Under the pieces are notes generated by a model. The model was not told where the DNA came from and did not search any database. It saw only the letters and a list, made by a program, of their open reading frames with translations. From Candidatus Algichlamydia australiensis (GTDB lineage Bacteria; Chlamydiota; Chlamydiia; Chlamydiales; JAJFMI01): a stretch of DNA of 64,000 bases. The stretch is taken from positions 352,001 to 416,000 of the forward strand of contig JAXCHI010000004.1 in the NCBI GenBank assembly GCA_033977065.1, given 5' to 3'. Position 1 is the stretch's first letter; the number at the start of each line of letters is the position of its first letter. Position numbers and translations under genes: made by a program. Shown in pieces: positions 10,536 through 19,913 of this stretch.

Positions 10536-11624
10536 TTAGAAGATATTCTGGTATTTCTTGGAAAGGGAATAAGTACGATTTTTATTTGATGGGTTTGCAA
10601 TTTCAAAAAAACCGGTCTCTACCCACTTCTGACAGAGTTGACGTGCGGTTCTAGGAGAAAAACTGAATAATTCAGCAATTAAAGAGGTTTTGACCTCTTC
10701 TGATGTCTCAAAAAGTTCCAATACTTTTCTTTGCTTAGGATCGAGTTTTCTTAATATAGGAGAGTGATCAACTTCGTTTTGCAGTAAGCTTCGCTCCATT
10801 TCTCTAATGACATTTTCAAAAGCAAAGGCCATGCCTTCGCAGAAATAGGAAATCCAGCCTGTGATATCAGCCTCAGCTCTACCCAAATAATAATTATGAG
10901 AAGGCCCGATGGTGATTGCCTCATAATATCTGGGAAGATTTTTGGCGTAGTACTCTTCAAGAGAGTAGAGCCCTTTTAGATCGTATCCTCCAAGATGGAG
11001 AACAAGTGTTGTTAGGAGCCTTGCGGTACGTCCATTGCCATCAAAATAGGGGTGAATTGTAGCAAATTGGTAGTGCGCAACTGCAGCGAGGACGGGGCAG
11101 GGGAGATGTTTGTTTTGATTTAGCCAATCAATCATTTGCTTCATCAGATTCGTTACATCTTTTGCCTCAGGTGGCATATAAACGATTTGTCCAGAGTAGC
11201 CATCACGAATGACATTTTGTCCATCACGATAAGGCGTAGGTTGCGCTTTTACTTTACCATCACTTATAACAAGCGCATGGAGAGTTTGAATAATTTTTTC
11301 TGTAATGCTGTTTTTTTCCTCTACATACATCTCAAGTTTTGCAAGTGCTGCGTAGTAGCCTTTCACCTCTTGTTCATCTCGCTCTCTTCCGGGGAAATGG
11401 CCGTTATGCTTAAGAACTTTTTTTACTTCCAACGGTTCCAGTTGATTGCCTTCAATCATTGTGGAGTAATGTGTGGTAAAGAGCTTGGCAGTTTGGCGTA
11501 AAGAGGTAAGAATCCTTGGATTTAGGGGGAGTGAGATCGATTTATTCTTGGCGTTTTCAATGCGAAGCAGATAGCTTGTAATTTCTTCTGTAAGGGTATA
11601 ATTAGGAGTAAACTTCTCATTCAT
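10536..11624 (-). CDS. Fic family protein with C-terminal HTH
   Basis: HPYFDGNGRTAR catalytic motif; STMIEGN inhibitory-helix motif; C-terminal wHTH-like segment (TSLIAELFSFSPRTARQLC). Confidence 0.95.
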   Translation of the reverse strand: MNEKFTPNYTLTEEITSYLLRIENAKNKSISLPLNPRILTSLRQTAKLFTTHYSTMIEGNQLEPLEVKKVLKHNGHFPGRERDEQEVKGYYAALAKLEMYVEEKNSITEKIIQTLHALVISDGKVKAQPTPYRDGQNVIRDGYSGQIVYMPPEAKDVTNLMKQMIDWLNQNKHLPCPVLAAVAHYQFATIHPYFDGNGRTARLLTTLVLHLGGYDLKGLYSLEEYYAKNLPRYYEAITIGPSHNYYLGRAEADITGWISYFCEGMAFAFENVIREMERSLLQNEVDHSPILRKLDPKQRKVLELFETSEEVKTSLIAELFSFSPRTARQLCQKWVETGFFEIANPSNKNRTYSLSKKYQNIF

Positions 11625-11632
11625 ACACCCCT

Positions 11633-11700
11633 ATTATGCCGATAAACCGCCGATAAGTCAAGGTGGAATGCCGATAAACCGCCGATAAACCGCCGATAAA
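11633..11700 (-). promoter_or_regulatory. fic promoter overlapped by five phased GCCGATAA(ACC) direct repeats
   Basis: Minus strand TTGACT(11661-11656)-17-CATAAT(11638-11633)-8 nt-ATG; repeats start at 11638, 11649, 11670, 11681 and 11692. Confidence 0.75.
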
Positions 11701-11727
11701 ATACATAAAAGATTAACTATAAAGGGA

Positions 11728-11898
11728 TTATTGTGTATCTTTATTGCAGCGTTTTTTCTTGCCGCAAGTAGGGCACTCCTTGTCTTCAGGGCGGCCACAG
11801 CGGCGCAGATGAAAGTGATTTTTTCCTGTGAGCCACTTTCCTATTGAAAGAAGAAAGACACAAGCAAGCAGAAGAAGCGCTGCTATTAGGAAAGTCAC
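11728..11898 (-). CDS. Small Cys-rich membrane protein (56 aa), not in ORF track
   Basis: MTFLIAALLLLACVFLLSIGKWLTGKNHFHLRRCGRPEDKECPTCGKKKRCNKDTQ*; GTG start overlaps the upstream TGA (GTGA); one TM helix plus four Cys including CPTC. Confidence 0.75.
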   Translation of the reverse strand: MTFLIAALLLLACVFLLSIGKWLTGKNHFHLRRCGRPEDKECPTCGKKKRCNKDTQ

Positions 11899-13796
11899 TT
11901 CTTCTTAGCCTTTGAAGGTTTTGCTGTTTGCTTGGAATTCTTTTCCTCTAGATCGATCCAAAGGGGAGAGCTCCAAGCGATATGACCATCTTTTTGCATT
12001 GCGCGCACGTAGTAGTAGCAGAAAGGAGAATGACCTTCAGGCTTTAGAGCAACTTTATCAAGAGGGTCGGTATCATCAACAGCGAATTCTAGTTTGTCTT
12101 CTTTAGGCTTGAAGGTTTTGTAGATTTCTCCATTACGAATTAAAAGAACTTCTTTGAGGTCGGTTGTTCCTGCAATAAATCCTTGGATATGGCGATTGAA
12201 TTGTAAACCGGGGCGATCTTTTAAAGAGATTTCTGCTCCCATATTCTCTTCTGCAATCAAAAGGCTTACAATCATGCGCTCACCAGTTGTTGCATAGCAA
12301 GATCTTTGGCTCAGTGCCTGCATCATGGCGTCACGCGTGTGTGTTTTTGCAATAATGGCAGTAAGTCCAGGAGAGTACTGGACTTGATCGGATTCGTAGA
12401 GGTGGTCAAAGGTTCCTCGATCGTCTAGCCCACCAGCAACAAACCCAAAGCGGCAGCCTGCGTTTAGTGCGGCACGGATGGATCCCTCTTTTGTTTCAGT
12501 ATAGTTTGTTTTAGATTCAATTGGGCGCGGGTTTCCTTCAGCCTTTGTACATTCAGATGAGCCCCAGCTATTATAGATCTCTACAACACGTTCGAACTCC
12601 GGATCGAATTCCTTAAAATCGTAGTGAACACCCTTTCCCATTGTGAAGGTTGGTATGGAAAGGATCTCTTTTGGTGTATGAGATTTATAAATCTTTTTTA
12701 ATTGGTTGGATTTTGGATCCTTTTTTCGGAGTAGGGGTTTATTATCTTTTGCATAGACGATTTGTCTTAGCCCTTCGGAACCTGCTGACCCGCTCCAAGA
12801 GAATCCAAGCATTGTTGAAAAGCGATCCTCTTCATTAAATTCTGCAACCTGTAAAGAGATGTTTTTCCAGATAGGGTTTGGGGTTTCTGCTTCGCTTTCA
12901 AAGTTTGAAGTGCCAAGAAATTGAAAAGCCTGATCGTCACGAAAGTAACGAAGCGCAGATTCAATGTTTTCTTGTGAATCGTAGCGTGTTGAGTCGCCGT
13001 GTAAAGATCCCCAGTAGAGACTCTTTTCTGAAGAGGGAACGCATTGAACAGGAGAGGAGTAAAAAATTTGATCTGTGCCTAGAATTTGCATTTTTAACTT
13101 GTAGATTCCCGGATCTGTAAAGTAAAAATTCGGAAGGGTGATAAAGCCCGTTTCTGGAACAAAAAGCTTCCAACTCAAGTTTTCGCGTTGTTGCTCATAA
13201 CTAAGCTCTACAAGTGTTCCTTCAGGTGCTAAGTTGGTTAGGTTGTTGAATTCGTCTTCAAAGCGGACAATAACATCGAAACGCTGCGAGCGACCAACTA
13301 GTGCAGGAGTAAGCATGCGCAAGTGGTGCAGTTTTTCACCGCGAACATCGAGAAAAAAAGATTCGGGATCTTTGTAATCTCCTTTGCCTTTTGTGTCGAT
13401 ATAGAGATGAAAAGGGCGACGTCTTTGCGTATAATACTGAGCACGATTGCTCGCTTTGTCGCCAGTTGTAGTACCGACATGAATGGCAATCTCTTCACCA
13501 GCCTTAATCTCTTTTGGGAGTACAAATTCATACTGCAGAGAAAAGGTTTTGGGGATCTCAATAGACTTTGCAGCAGAGACGCCACCATCAGGAAGGGAGA
13601 GCCATATCGAATTATTTTTTGTTTTTGGTCCCGTCTGCGGCTGCTGCCAATCGATGTCTCGCCCTTTTGAAAGGGGATCGAACTTGAGCTTTGTACCTTT
13701 GGGGAGATTATTTGAAGGAGTATAAATAAATTTCCAATTTCCTTCACTTCCAACACGAGCGAACTTAGGATCGCAATAACTGATAGATCTACGCAT
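11895..13796 (-). CDS. DUF3604-family PHP-like protein (chlamydial conserved hypothetical)
   Basis: YWGSLHGDS, VVEIYNSWGSSE, GCRFGFVAGGLDDRG and YYYVRAMQKDGHIAWSSPLW motifs. Confidence 0.8.
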   Translation of the reverse strand: MRRSISYCDPKFARVGSEGNWKFIYTPSNNLPKGTKLKFDPLSKGRDIDWQQPQTGPKTKNNSIWLSLPDGGVSAAKSIEIPKTFSLQYEFVLPKEIKAGEEIAIHVGTTTGDKASNRAQYYTQRRRPFHLYIDTKGKGDYKDPESFFLDVRGEKLHHLRMLTPALVGRSQRFDVIVRFEDEFNNLTNLAPEGTLVELSYEQQRENLSWKLFVPETGFITLPNFYFTDPGIYKLKMQILGTDQIFYSSPVQCVPSSEKSLYWGSLHGDSTRYDSQENIESALRYFRDDQAFQFLGTSNFESEAETPNPIWKNISLQVAEFNEEDRFSTMLGFSWSGSAGSEGLRQIVYAKDNKPLLRKKDPKSNQLKKIYKSHTPKEILSIPTFTMGKGVHYDFKEFDPEFERVVEIYNSWGSSECTKAEGNPRPIESKTNYTETKEGSIRAALNAGCRFGFVAGGLDDRGTFDHLYESDQVQYSPGLTAIIAKTHTRDAMMQALSQRSCYATTGERMIVSLLIAEENMGAEISLKDRPGLQFNRHIQGFIAGTTDLKEVLLIRNGEIYKTFKPKEDKLEFAVDDTDPLDKVALKPEGHSPFCYYYVRAMQKDGHIAWSSPLWIDLEEKNSKQTAKPSKAKKK

Positions 13797-13862
13797 AATA
13801 GGGGATTTTACATGACTTTTGATTCTTAGGCAAGGCTGTCGAAGGGTTTAGAAAAAAAATCT

Positions 13863-15152
13863 TTATGCAGACTTTCGTGGAGTAATACGCACCTTGTCGA
13901 TTGAGCGCTCATCAGCACTCTGGACTTCTAAATCAAAATTATCATGGTGGATTTTGAAACCTTTTTCAGGAATTAACCCACAAGACTGAACAATGTATCC
14001 TCCAAGGGTGTCGTAGTCGGGGCCCAGAGGAATTTGTATGCCAAGGTCGCGTTTGATATCAAGAAGACTCATCTTGGCGTCGACAATGTATCCTTTTTCG
14101 GGGTGGGGAGTGAAAGGAATTTCCTCATCTGTATCAAACTCATCTGCGATTTCTCCGACGAGCTCTTCTAAAATATCTTCGATAGAGACGATTCCTTCTG
14201 TGCCTCCATATTCATCAACAACGATTGCCATATGAATCTGTTTGCTACGAAATTCTTGAAGAAGTTGTGAAATACGCTTTGTTTCTGGTGTGTAAAGAAT
14301 GGGTTTGATTAGCTTTTCAAGTGGAATTTGATCAGGAGGCCCAAAGGTTTTGGGGTCAAGAAACGTCTCAAGAAGATCCTTGTAGTGAAGCACCCCGACG
14401 ATTTCATCAACAGAATCTTTGTAAATAGGGATCCGAGAGTAACCCTCTTTAATCAAATCAGAACCTGCATCTGCAATAGTAAGGTCTGCTGGAAGGCTAA
14501 AGATATCGACACGCGGAACCATCACTTCTCGTACAATGCGGTCTTTAAAGGTAGCAACAGAGCAGATGAGTTTTTGTTCTGAAACGGATAGTTCTTCTCC
14601 CATCTCTGTTTCATGAACCAGCTCTAAAATCTTTCTTTCAAGCTTTGGACCGCGCTCTGTCTCTTCGCGGTAGCGTGGAAAAAAGAGGCGTTGCACTTTA
14701 AGCAGCAGCGCTGTCAGAGGGAAAAAGAGAAGGAGAAAAACTGTGGCAAAAGGGTTGGAGAAACGTAGACAGAATTTTGGAGCGCCTTTTGCAAGCAAGC
14801 GTGTACCGAGGTCGAAGAGAAGAGAGAGGGCAATCAAAATAAGAAGAGAACCAAATCCAAGAAGAGAAAAAACACTTTCCAACTGATCAAGGCTACTGAG
14901 GTAGAAAAAGCCTAGAATCCCGTAGCAGAGCCTGCAGATCTGCTTACTCATACTAATCACAAAAAAGAGGTTTTCCCACTCCTCTTTGGGGAAAAAACGC
15001 TTGAGCAAACGAGGCAGAAAGTAAAATTTGGGTCTTCTGGCAAACTCTTTTTTCGACTCAATAAGGCCAAAGCGGTGCATTGCAACCGAATAAGCGGTCA
15101 GAGCGGTTGAGCCAAGCAGAAAAAGAATTGCAAAGAGGAGCCATGCCATCAT
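13863..15152 (-). CDS. HlyC/CorC family CBS-domain transporter (hemolysin-like)
   Basis: N-terminal TM region, VREVMVPR, GYSRIPIY, VVDEYGGTEGIVSIEDILEELVGEI and YDTLGG. Confidence 0.93.
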   Translation of the reverse strand: MMAWLLFAILFLLGSTALTAYSVAMHRFGLIESKKEFARRPKFYFLPRLLKRFFPKEEWENLFFVISMSKQICRLCYGILGFFYLSSLDQLESVFSLLGFGSLLILIALSLLFDLGTRLLAKGAPKFCLRFSNPFATVFLLLFFPLTALLLKVQRLFFPRYREETERGPKLERKILELVHETEMGEELSVSEQKLICSVATFKDRIVREVMVPRVDIFSLPADLTIADAGSDLIKEGYSRIPIYKDSVDEIVGVLHYKDLLETFLDPKTFGPPDQIPLEKLIKPILYTPETKRISQLLQEFRSKQIHMAIVVDEYGGTEGIVSIEDILEELVGEIADEFDTDEEIPFTPHPEKGYIVDAKMSLLDIKRDLGIQIPLGPDYDTLGGYIVQSCGLIPEKGFKIHHDNFDLEVQSADERSIDKVRITPRKSA

Positions 15153-15179
15153 ATCCGCATTGTAGCAAACTTATAGAGT

Positions 15180-15312
15180 AGAGTACTAGTACTTGTAAGA
15201 GAAAAAATCGATTTTAAGCTATTTAGCGCACGATGCACTCACTTCCCATTCTCTACCTTGTTTCGGGAGGAGCTTTTTATGTCGCCTGCGGGGCGGTTTT
15301 TGCAGAAAAGTT
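15180..15312. repeat. Degenerate relative of the 37.7-38.4 kb array (junction palindrome plus cargo fragment)
   Basis: AGAGTACTAGTACT at 15180-15193 equals the array junction; 15225-15312 aligns with 38052-38148 (shared TTGTTTCGGGAGG, GTCGC and TTTTGCAGAAAA). Confidence 0.65.
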
Positions 15313-16059
15313 TCTTAATTCCTGCATCAGAAGCTTATCTCCGTGCGAGAGGTCTGGTAATTTTTCGAAAAAGAGAAGGGAACCTAGGGCCTGTATGTGC
15401 GCTTTTTGCGTGTTGCCTTGCTTATAGTCAATGATTGTGAGCATCGCATAACTTTCTGCTTTCTCTCTTAAGTCTGTTAAATCTGTGCTAGACTCTCCTA
15501 AATTTAGGAGTGCGCTTACCAAGTCAACTTTGGCTTCCCTATACTTTCTCTGTTCAAATTTCATTTTACCGCTGTAGAATTTGAAGGATGCAAGAATTAC
15601 CTGCTTGTTTTTTTCTAATAAATTGAGAGGAGTCGAAGAGTCTGGCTGGGAGGAATCCAGTATTGAGGTTACAGGTAATAATATTTTTAAGTTTTTTATT
15701 TGCAGTTTTATATGCTCTTGCTTGGCAGGAGAACAAAGAGGCGCAAGCTTTGAGGCTTTTGTGATAAACATTAGTGCTCTATCTAGGGCATTGTCTAACG
15801 TATGAATAAGTGAAAGTCTAAAATAGCTGTCAGCTAATTCTTTTGTTTTTACTCCCGACTTTTCCCACATTGATGTGGCATGTAAAAAGTATTTGCTCGC
15901 TTCTACATAATTTTTAGCTTCAGAAAATTTGATAGCTTGATGGTAAGATCGATCTGCTTCTTCAGCTATATTTAGAGGCTCTTTAGAAGAAGAATCTGAA
16001 TTGGATTCTTTTAAACCTAAAAAGTTAGGATAATTTTCTGATATTCTTTCTGTTTTCAT
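15277..16059 (-). CDS. TPR-like helical repeat protein
   Basis: ADSYFRLSLIHTLDNALDRALMFITKA and AESYAMLTIIDYKQGNTQKAHIQALGSL are TPR-like; low-complexity N-terminus; AT-rich. Confidence 0.65.
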   Translation of the reverse strand: MKTERISENYPNFLGLKESNSDSSSKEPLNIAEEADRSYHQAIKFSEAKNYVEASKYFLHATSMWEKSGVKTKELADSYFRLSLIHTLDNALDRALMFITKASKLAPLCSPAKQEHIKLQIKNLKILLPVTSILDSSQPDSSTPLNLLEKNKQVILASFKFYSGKMKFEQRKYREAKVDLVSALLNLGESSTDLTDLREKAESYAMLTIIDYKQGNTQKAHIQALGSLLFFEKLPDLSHGDKLLMQELRNFSAKTAPQAT

Positions 16060-16314
16060 AATAAAAAACGTTTGTTTTAATAAAATTATACATTAAAAGG
16101 TGATTAAATAACAACTAAAAAATAATTTAAATAAATGTTTTTAATTTTTCTGTTGTTTGTGTCTTATGTTTTTAAGATAAAGGTGCTTAAGCGCTCATTT
16201 TGAAACTCAATAAAGAACAAAAAAGATCTGTCTGGAGAGAGACTTGAGTTTTAAAGCCTCTATTTCACAAAGTATATATTTCAATCTTGTTCGATTAACG
16301 ATTTTGGAGAAAAG

Positions 16315-16369
16315 TGGAGCCCAAACGTGAAAAATAAGATGGTTGTATGCTTTTGACGACGCTATCTAG
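16315..16369. repeat. Right arm of hairpin element family C
   Basis: 16315-16368 matches 56713-56766 at 53/54 positions and ends in CTAG. Confidence 0.88.
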
Positions 16370-16817
16370 CATCTCTTAAAAGAGCGTCTTTTTTTGAGAG
16401 GTAGTCGAGAGCTAGACGCTCTTCCGCGCGCATCTGTTTTTGTTCGTCTTCGGTTCTATCTTTGAATCCCAGAAGATGGAGGAGGCCATGAACAATGTAG
16501 AGAGCGCACTCATCAAAGGGGTCTTCACCGATTTCTTTTCCTTTTTCAACGGCGACTTCTGGACAGACAAAAATTTCCCCTAAAACAATGCAAAGTTTTT
16601 GATCGGGGGGATCGATAGGAAAAGTCATGCAATCTGTTGGAGAGGGGTCTGCAAAGTATTTTGCATGCATCGTGCAGATGCTGTTTTTATCAACAAAGTG
16701 CAGAATTACTTCTTGGCAGAAGATTTTTTTCCATTTAAGAAAAGTTTTCACAAGGCGCTCAATTCTAGTGTGGTCGAGATCAAGCGCTTGTTGAGAGTCG
16801 TAAACCGTGACGTGCAA
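16362..16817 (-). CDS. ybeY: rRNA maturation endoribonuclease YbeY
   Basis: PTDCMTFP, LGEIFVCP and HGLLHLLGF metal-binding motif. Confidence 0.95.
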   Translation of the reverse strand: MHVTVYDSQQALDLDHTRIERLVKTFLKWKKIFCQEVILHFVDKNSICTMHAKYFADPSPTDCMTFPIDPPDQKLCIVLGEIFVCPEVAVEKGKEIGEDPFDECALYIVHGLLHLLGFKDRTEDEQKQMRAEERLALDYLSKKDALLRDAR

Positions 16818-16979
16818 TTATTTTGCAACAGGGGTTTTAGGAAGATTTGTTACGCGCTTGTTATCGCCATCTTTCCAACGACCAAGTGAACGTAACACAT
16901 CAATGCGCTCAAAACGCTTGAGAACGTTGCGTTTTTTCCCGCCTTTTCCACTCTTTCCGTAACTGCGGTGTCTAGACAT
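16818..16979 (-). CDS. PVC-superphylum signature small basic protein (53 aa)
   Basis: MSRHRSYGKS...KRNVLKRFERIDVLRSLGRW...LPKT; GGAGG SD upstream of ATG 16979. Confidence 0.9.
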   Translation of the reverse strand: MSRHRSYGKSGKGGKKRNVLKRFERIDVLRSLGRWKDGDNKRVTNLPKTPVAK

Positions 16980-17154
16980 CTTTGCCTCCTGGAATAAAGG
17001 TAAGTACTTCACCCTGTGTGGTGATGTTATTTGTGTGTTCGCGGTATCCCTTTGGGAGGTTGTCCTTTTTGGGTCCTGTTTTCTCAGCAGCGTTATAGTG
17101 ACGCTTGCGAGGAGAGCGGTGACGTCGCTCGCCCTTCTTACTCATGCGTGTCAT
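16972..17154 (-). CDS. Small basic chlamydial protein (60 aa)
   Basis: MTRMSKKGERRHRSPRKR...HTN; GGAG SD. From recall (not searched), it resembles the small protein preceding the PVC signature gene in Chlamydia. Confidence 0.7.
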   Translation of the reverse strand: MTRMSKKGERRHRSPRKRHYNAAEKTGPKKDNLPKGYREHTNNITTQGEVLTFIPGGKDV

Positions 17155-17203
17155 GAAATTTCTCCAATCTTTCAGCTAATTATAGAGAAGATTAACAATT
17201 CGT

Positions 17204-17608
17204 TCAAGAGGTCAACGTGATTTGAAAACCTTTTTCTTTATAGGCTTTATAACGGGATTTTGAAACTGCAGGCTGGGTGCGATCATCAAACTCATAGACG
17301 GTAGTGAAAGAAAATTTAGAATTGTCAATGGGGTGAGCTGTAAGGTTGAAAACTGTGTGCGCTTTATTGGGATTGCACTCTAAACAAGTAATTGCAATTA
17401 ACTCCTCTGTAGGACGGTCTGTTGCTACATGAGGAAGAAAAGAGCCAACAGGCTCTTTCCAAAGAAGGGTGTCAATATACTCTTTCGCCTTTTCGTTAGG
17501 AGCTAAAAAAAGCAAAGGCTCTCGCTTTTCAAAATGTTTATATGAAACCTTAAGGATACCCTTTAGCTTTTCTTGTGGGTTTTGAATCGTAATGAAAACT
17601 ACTTTCAC
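17204..17608 (-). CDS. holC: DNA polymerase III chi subunit-like protein
   Basis: IDTLLWKEPVGSFLPH matches the HolC LD-x-x-LW...SF-x-PH motif; C-terminal RYKAYKEKGF. Confidence 0.75.
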   Translation of the reverse strand: MKVVFITIQNPQEKLKGILKVSYKHFEKREPLLFLAPNEKAKEYIDTLLWKEPVGSFLPHVATDRPTEELIAITCLECNPNKAHTVFNLTAHPIDNSKFSFTTVYEFDDRTQPAVSKSRYKAYKEKGFQITLTS

Positions 17609-18243
17609 TCTTTCTCCTTAGGGTCAAAAAGTCCGCATGAAACTAAAAATTTCAATACTTCTTCGCCCTTCATATCGACTTGCGAAATCTGCTCTTGTTC
17701 CATTAGCAGTAAAAATCCGGAAATAGGGTGGGGCGCTGTTGGGACAAAAACGGAGTGAACATCCTTGCAATCAGGAAGTTTTTTCTCCACTTCTTTAGGA
17801 GCTTTTGCTGTTTTAAATCCGAGGGCGTGCGCTTTTGAGTGAGGGAATTTTACCAGTACACAATTTTTAAAGACGTTTTCTGTCTTTCCGAGCACAGCTT
17901 CACTCACTTCCCTTGTCGTTCTGTAGATGAAGCGCACAAGGGGGATGCGCTCGAAAATGCGATCGGTTATGCGGACAAAATAGCCAAGGAAGAGTTTTTG
18001 TGTGCAAAAGCCAAGAACGACAATGAAAATCACAAGAAGGATCAGAGCTATAATACGTGAGGTCCAGAGAAAGAGTTCTCTATGAGCGATAAATTTATAA
18101 ATTTGTGCATCGAATTGGTGAAAAAAGTCTTCTACTAGGCCGACAAACGGAGCCGTAAGGAGCTTGATGATCCATATAACAATGATTGCAGTGATAGTTA
18201 GCGGTAGGAGCGTGGCAAGACCAGTAATAAAATACTTCTTCAT
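17605..18243 (-). CDS. DUF502 family membrane protein (paralog 2)
   Basis: KYFITGL, RIPLVRFIY, VFVPTAPHPISGFL and VSCG motifs. Confidence 0.9.
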   Translation of the reverse strand: MKKYFITGLATLLPLTITAIIVIWIIKLLTAPFVGLVEDFFHQFDAQIYKFIAHRELFLWTSRIIALILLVIFIVVLGFCTQKLFLGYFVRITDRIFERIPLVRFIYRTTREVSEAVLGKTENVFKNCVLVKFPHSKAHALGFKTAKAPKEVEKKLPDCKDVHSVFVPTAPHPISGFLLLMEQEQISQVDMKGEEVLKFLVSCGLFDPKEKE

Positions 18244-18887
18244 GTGTTTACAGGCATATGTTCAGGTGTGATGACACCGCAAGATACGATGTACTTGATC
18301 GCTGTTTCAGGCTTCATGTCCAAAAAGGTAATATCCTCCTCTGCATACATTAAGAGAAAACCTGTGGTCGGGTTGGGGGTTGTCGGAATCAAAACAGAGA
18401 AAAGTTTTTTGCCCGCCTTTTCTGAACAGGTTTTTGGTGACTCCCGTGATACAAGGCCTAAGATATAACTTCCCTCCTTAGGAAAGGGAACCATCACAAC
18501 TTGTTTAAAGCTCGTCTTATCTGTGACAAAGAGCGTTTTGATAATCTCTTGCGTGGTCTTATATACTTTATTCACCAGCGGAATGCGATGCAAAATCCGA
18601 TCGCTTAGACTGATAAGCGACTTAAAGAAAAACCAGCGAGCGATCATTCCTAGTAAGATTGTAAAGGCAAAAATTCCTAAGAGAATGAGCAGTTGAGAGC
18701 CGTAGCGAATTAGCTGTTCAGGAGAAAGAAAGAGAAAACCTCGGTTAGCAATTCCTGTATTTCGTAAAAAGTCTGTCATTGCCCCAATAAAGGGTTGTGT
18801 CAAAAAGTTTACGATAAAAAAGATAATCGCAATCGTAACAGCAAGTGGGAGAAGAATGACCATCCCCGTAATAAAGTACTTCTTCAT
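18240..18887 (-). CDS. DUF502 family membrane protein (paralog 1)
   Basis: KYFITGM, RIPLVNKVY, VLIPTTPNPTTGFL and VSCG motifs. Confidence 0.9.
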   Translation of the reverse strand: MKKYFITGMVILLPLAVTIAIIFFIVNFLTQPFIGAMTDFLRNTGIANRGFLFLSPEQLIRYGSQLLILLGIFAFTILLGMIARWFFFKSLISLSDRILHRIPLVNKVYKTTQEIIKTLFVTDKTSFKQVVMVPFPKEGSYILGLVSRESPKTCSEKAGKKLFSVLIPTTPNPTTGFLLMYAEEDITFLDMKPETAIKYIVSCGVITPEHMPVNT

Positions 18888-18902
18888 TCTTACGAGTATA
18901 GC

Positions 18903-19913
18903 TTACAAAACATTACTTGCAAGGTAGGCATTGATTTCATTAATTATTTCTTCGATGATTTTTGGTAGATCTAGATCATAAGCTTGATTTGCAACTGACA
19001 AATAATGCGCGCTCCATAATCTTTGTAAGCTCTTAAGTGCACCATCCGAGAAATTTACAAGACCAGCAGCTGTTTTTCTTTTAGAAAAAGTTTTATGCAC
19101 CTGCTTTCGTAATTTTTCCGTATTCAGCCTCTCTTTGTTTTTCAGAATTATAAATAAATCGTGATAATCTTTCATCCTGCTGTTTAATGAACCTTTTGAA
19201 ATCACTGTTTCAACTTTTTCTGAAAAAATAGCCCCGATTGGGTAAGTTTTTAAAACAATATCTCCTAGAAATAAAGGATTGTTTCGAAATTTCACTTGTG
19301 GGATTTCTCTTTCTGTCGGTTCGACAAGATCTCCAATGCCTATATCTAATCGAATTTGGTCTCGCATGGCTCCAAAATTCGCAGATAAAAATATACGAAA
19401 TCCAGGGTATAGCATGTGCCTTTGCATTAACGATTTAATTTTAACTAAATGAAATGCAAATCCATCTTCAAGTCGCATTGAAGCAATTTCTTCGAAAACA
19501 TAGTATAGCCTTGATTCTTCTGCATCAATTTGTCTAAGTAAAAAACTCAAGTTGCTACCCCCTTCCTCCTCTGGAGAGACCCTTTTTGCGATCTGTTTAG
19601 TTTAAAATTTCAGAAATGTTTAACAAACATTCCTTCAATTTGAAACGAAACATCTCATCAAAAATCCCTCTCTCCATAGGCGAAACTGGGTAGCAACTTG
19701 AGTTAAAAAGTCTAAATCGACAGTTTCTCGACCAATTCTCAGCAGGTAGGAAAGAAGAAAACCACCTTTAAAAACAAGCTTTTCACGATAGGGAGAAAGC
19801 GAAATTCTTGCTAAAAATCGTTCAAGCAATAGTCTCTTCCAACAATAGTTGAAAGAGACGTTGTTTCTTGCTGCAATGATCCTAATGCGATCTTTTAGTG
19901 TTTGTTCATTCAA
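18903..19913 (-). pseudogene. AbiEii-type nucleotidyltransferase toxin interrupted by a 159 bp element
   Basis: N-part ERFLARIS...VFKGGFLL...RETVDLDFL; C-part DIGIGD, SEKVET, NSRMKDYHD. Removing 165 nt rejoins DLDFL-LRQI into 281 aa. Confidence 0.92.
19545..19703. mobile_element. Hairpin element family D (159 bp MITE-like, 6 bp target duplication)
   Basis: Perfect TIR ACTCAAGTTGCTACCC; TAAAAA duplicated at 19539-19544 and 19704-19709; nested internal inverted repeats. Confidence 0.92.

Noticed and set aside
11638..11700. Sigma28 promoter (GCCGATAA is the FliA -10 consensus)
   Set aside because: No TAAA at the canonical 15 bp spacing (nearest is 13), five tandem copies, and it would point antisense into the upstream operon; a phased operator is the simpler reading.
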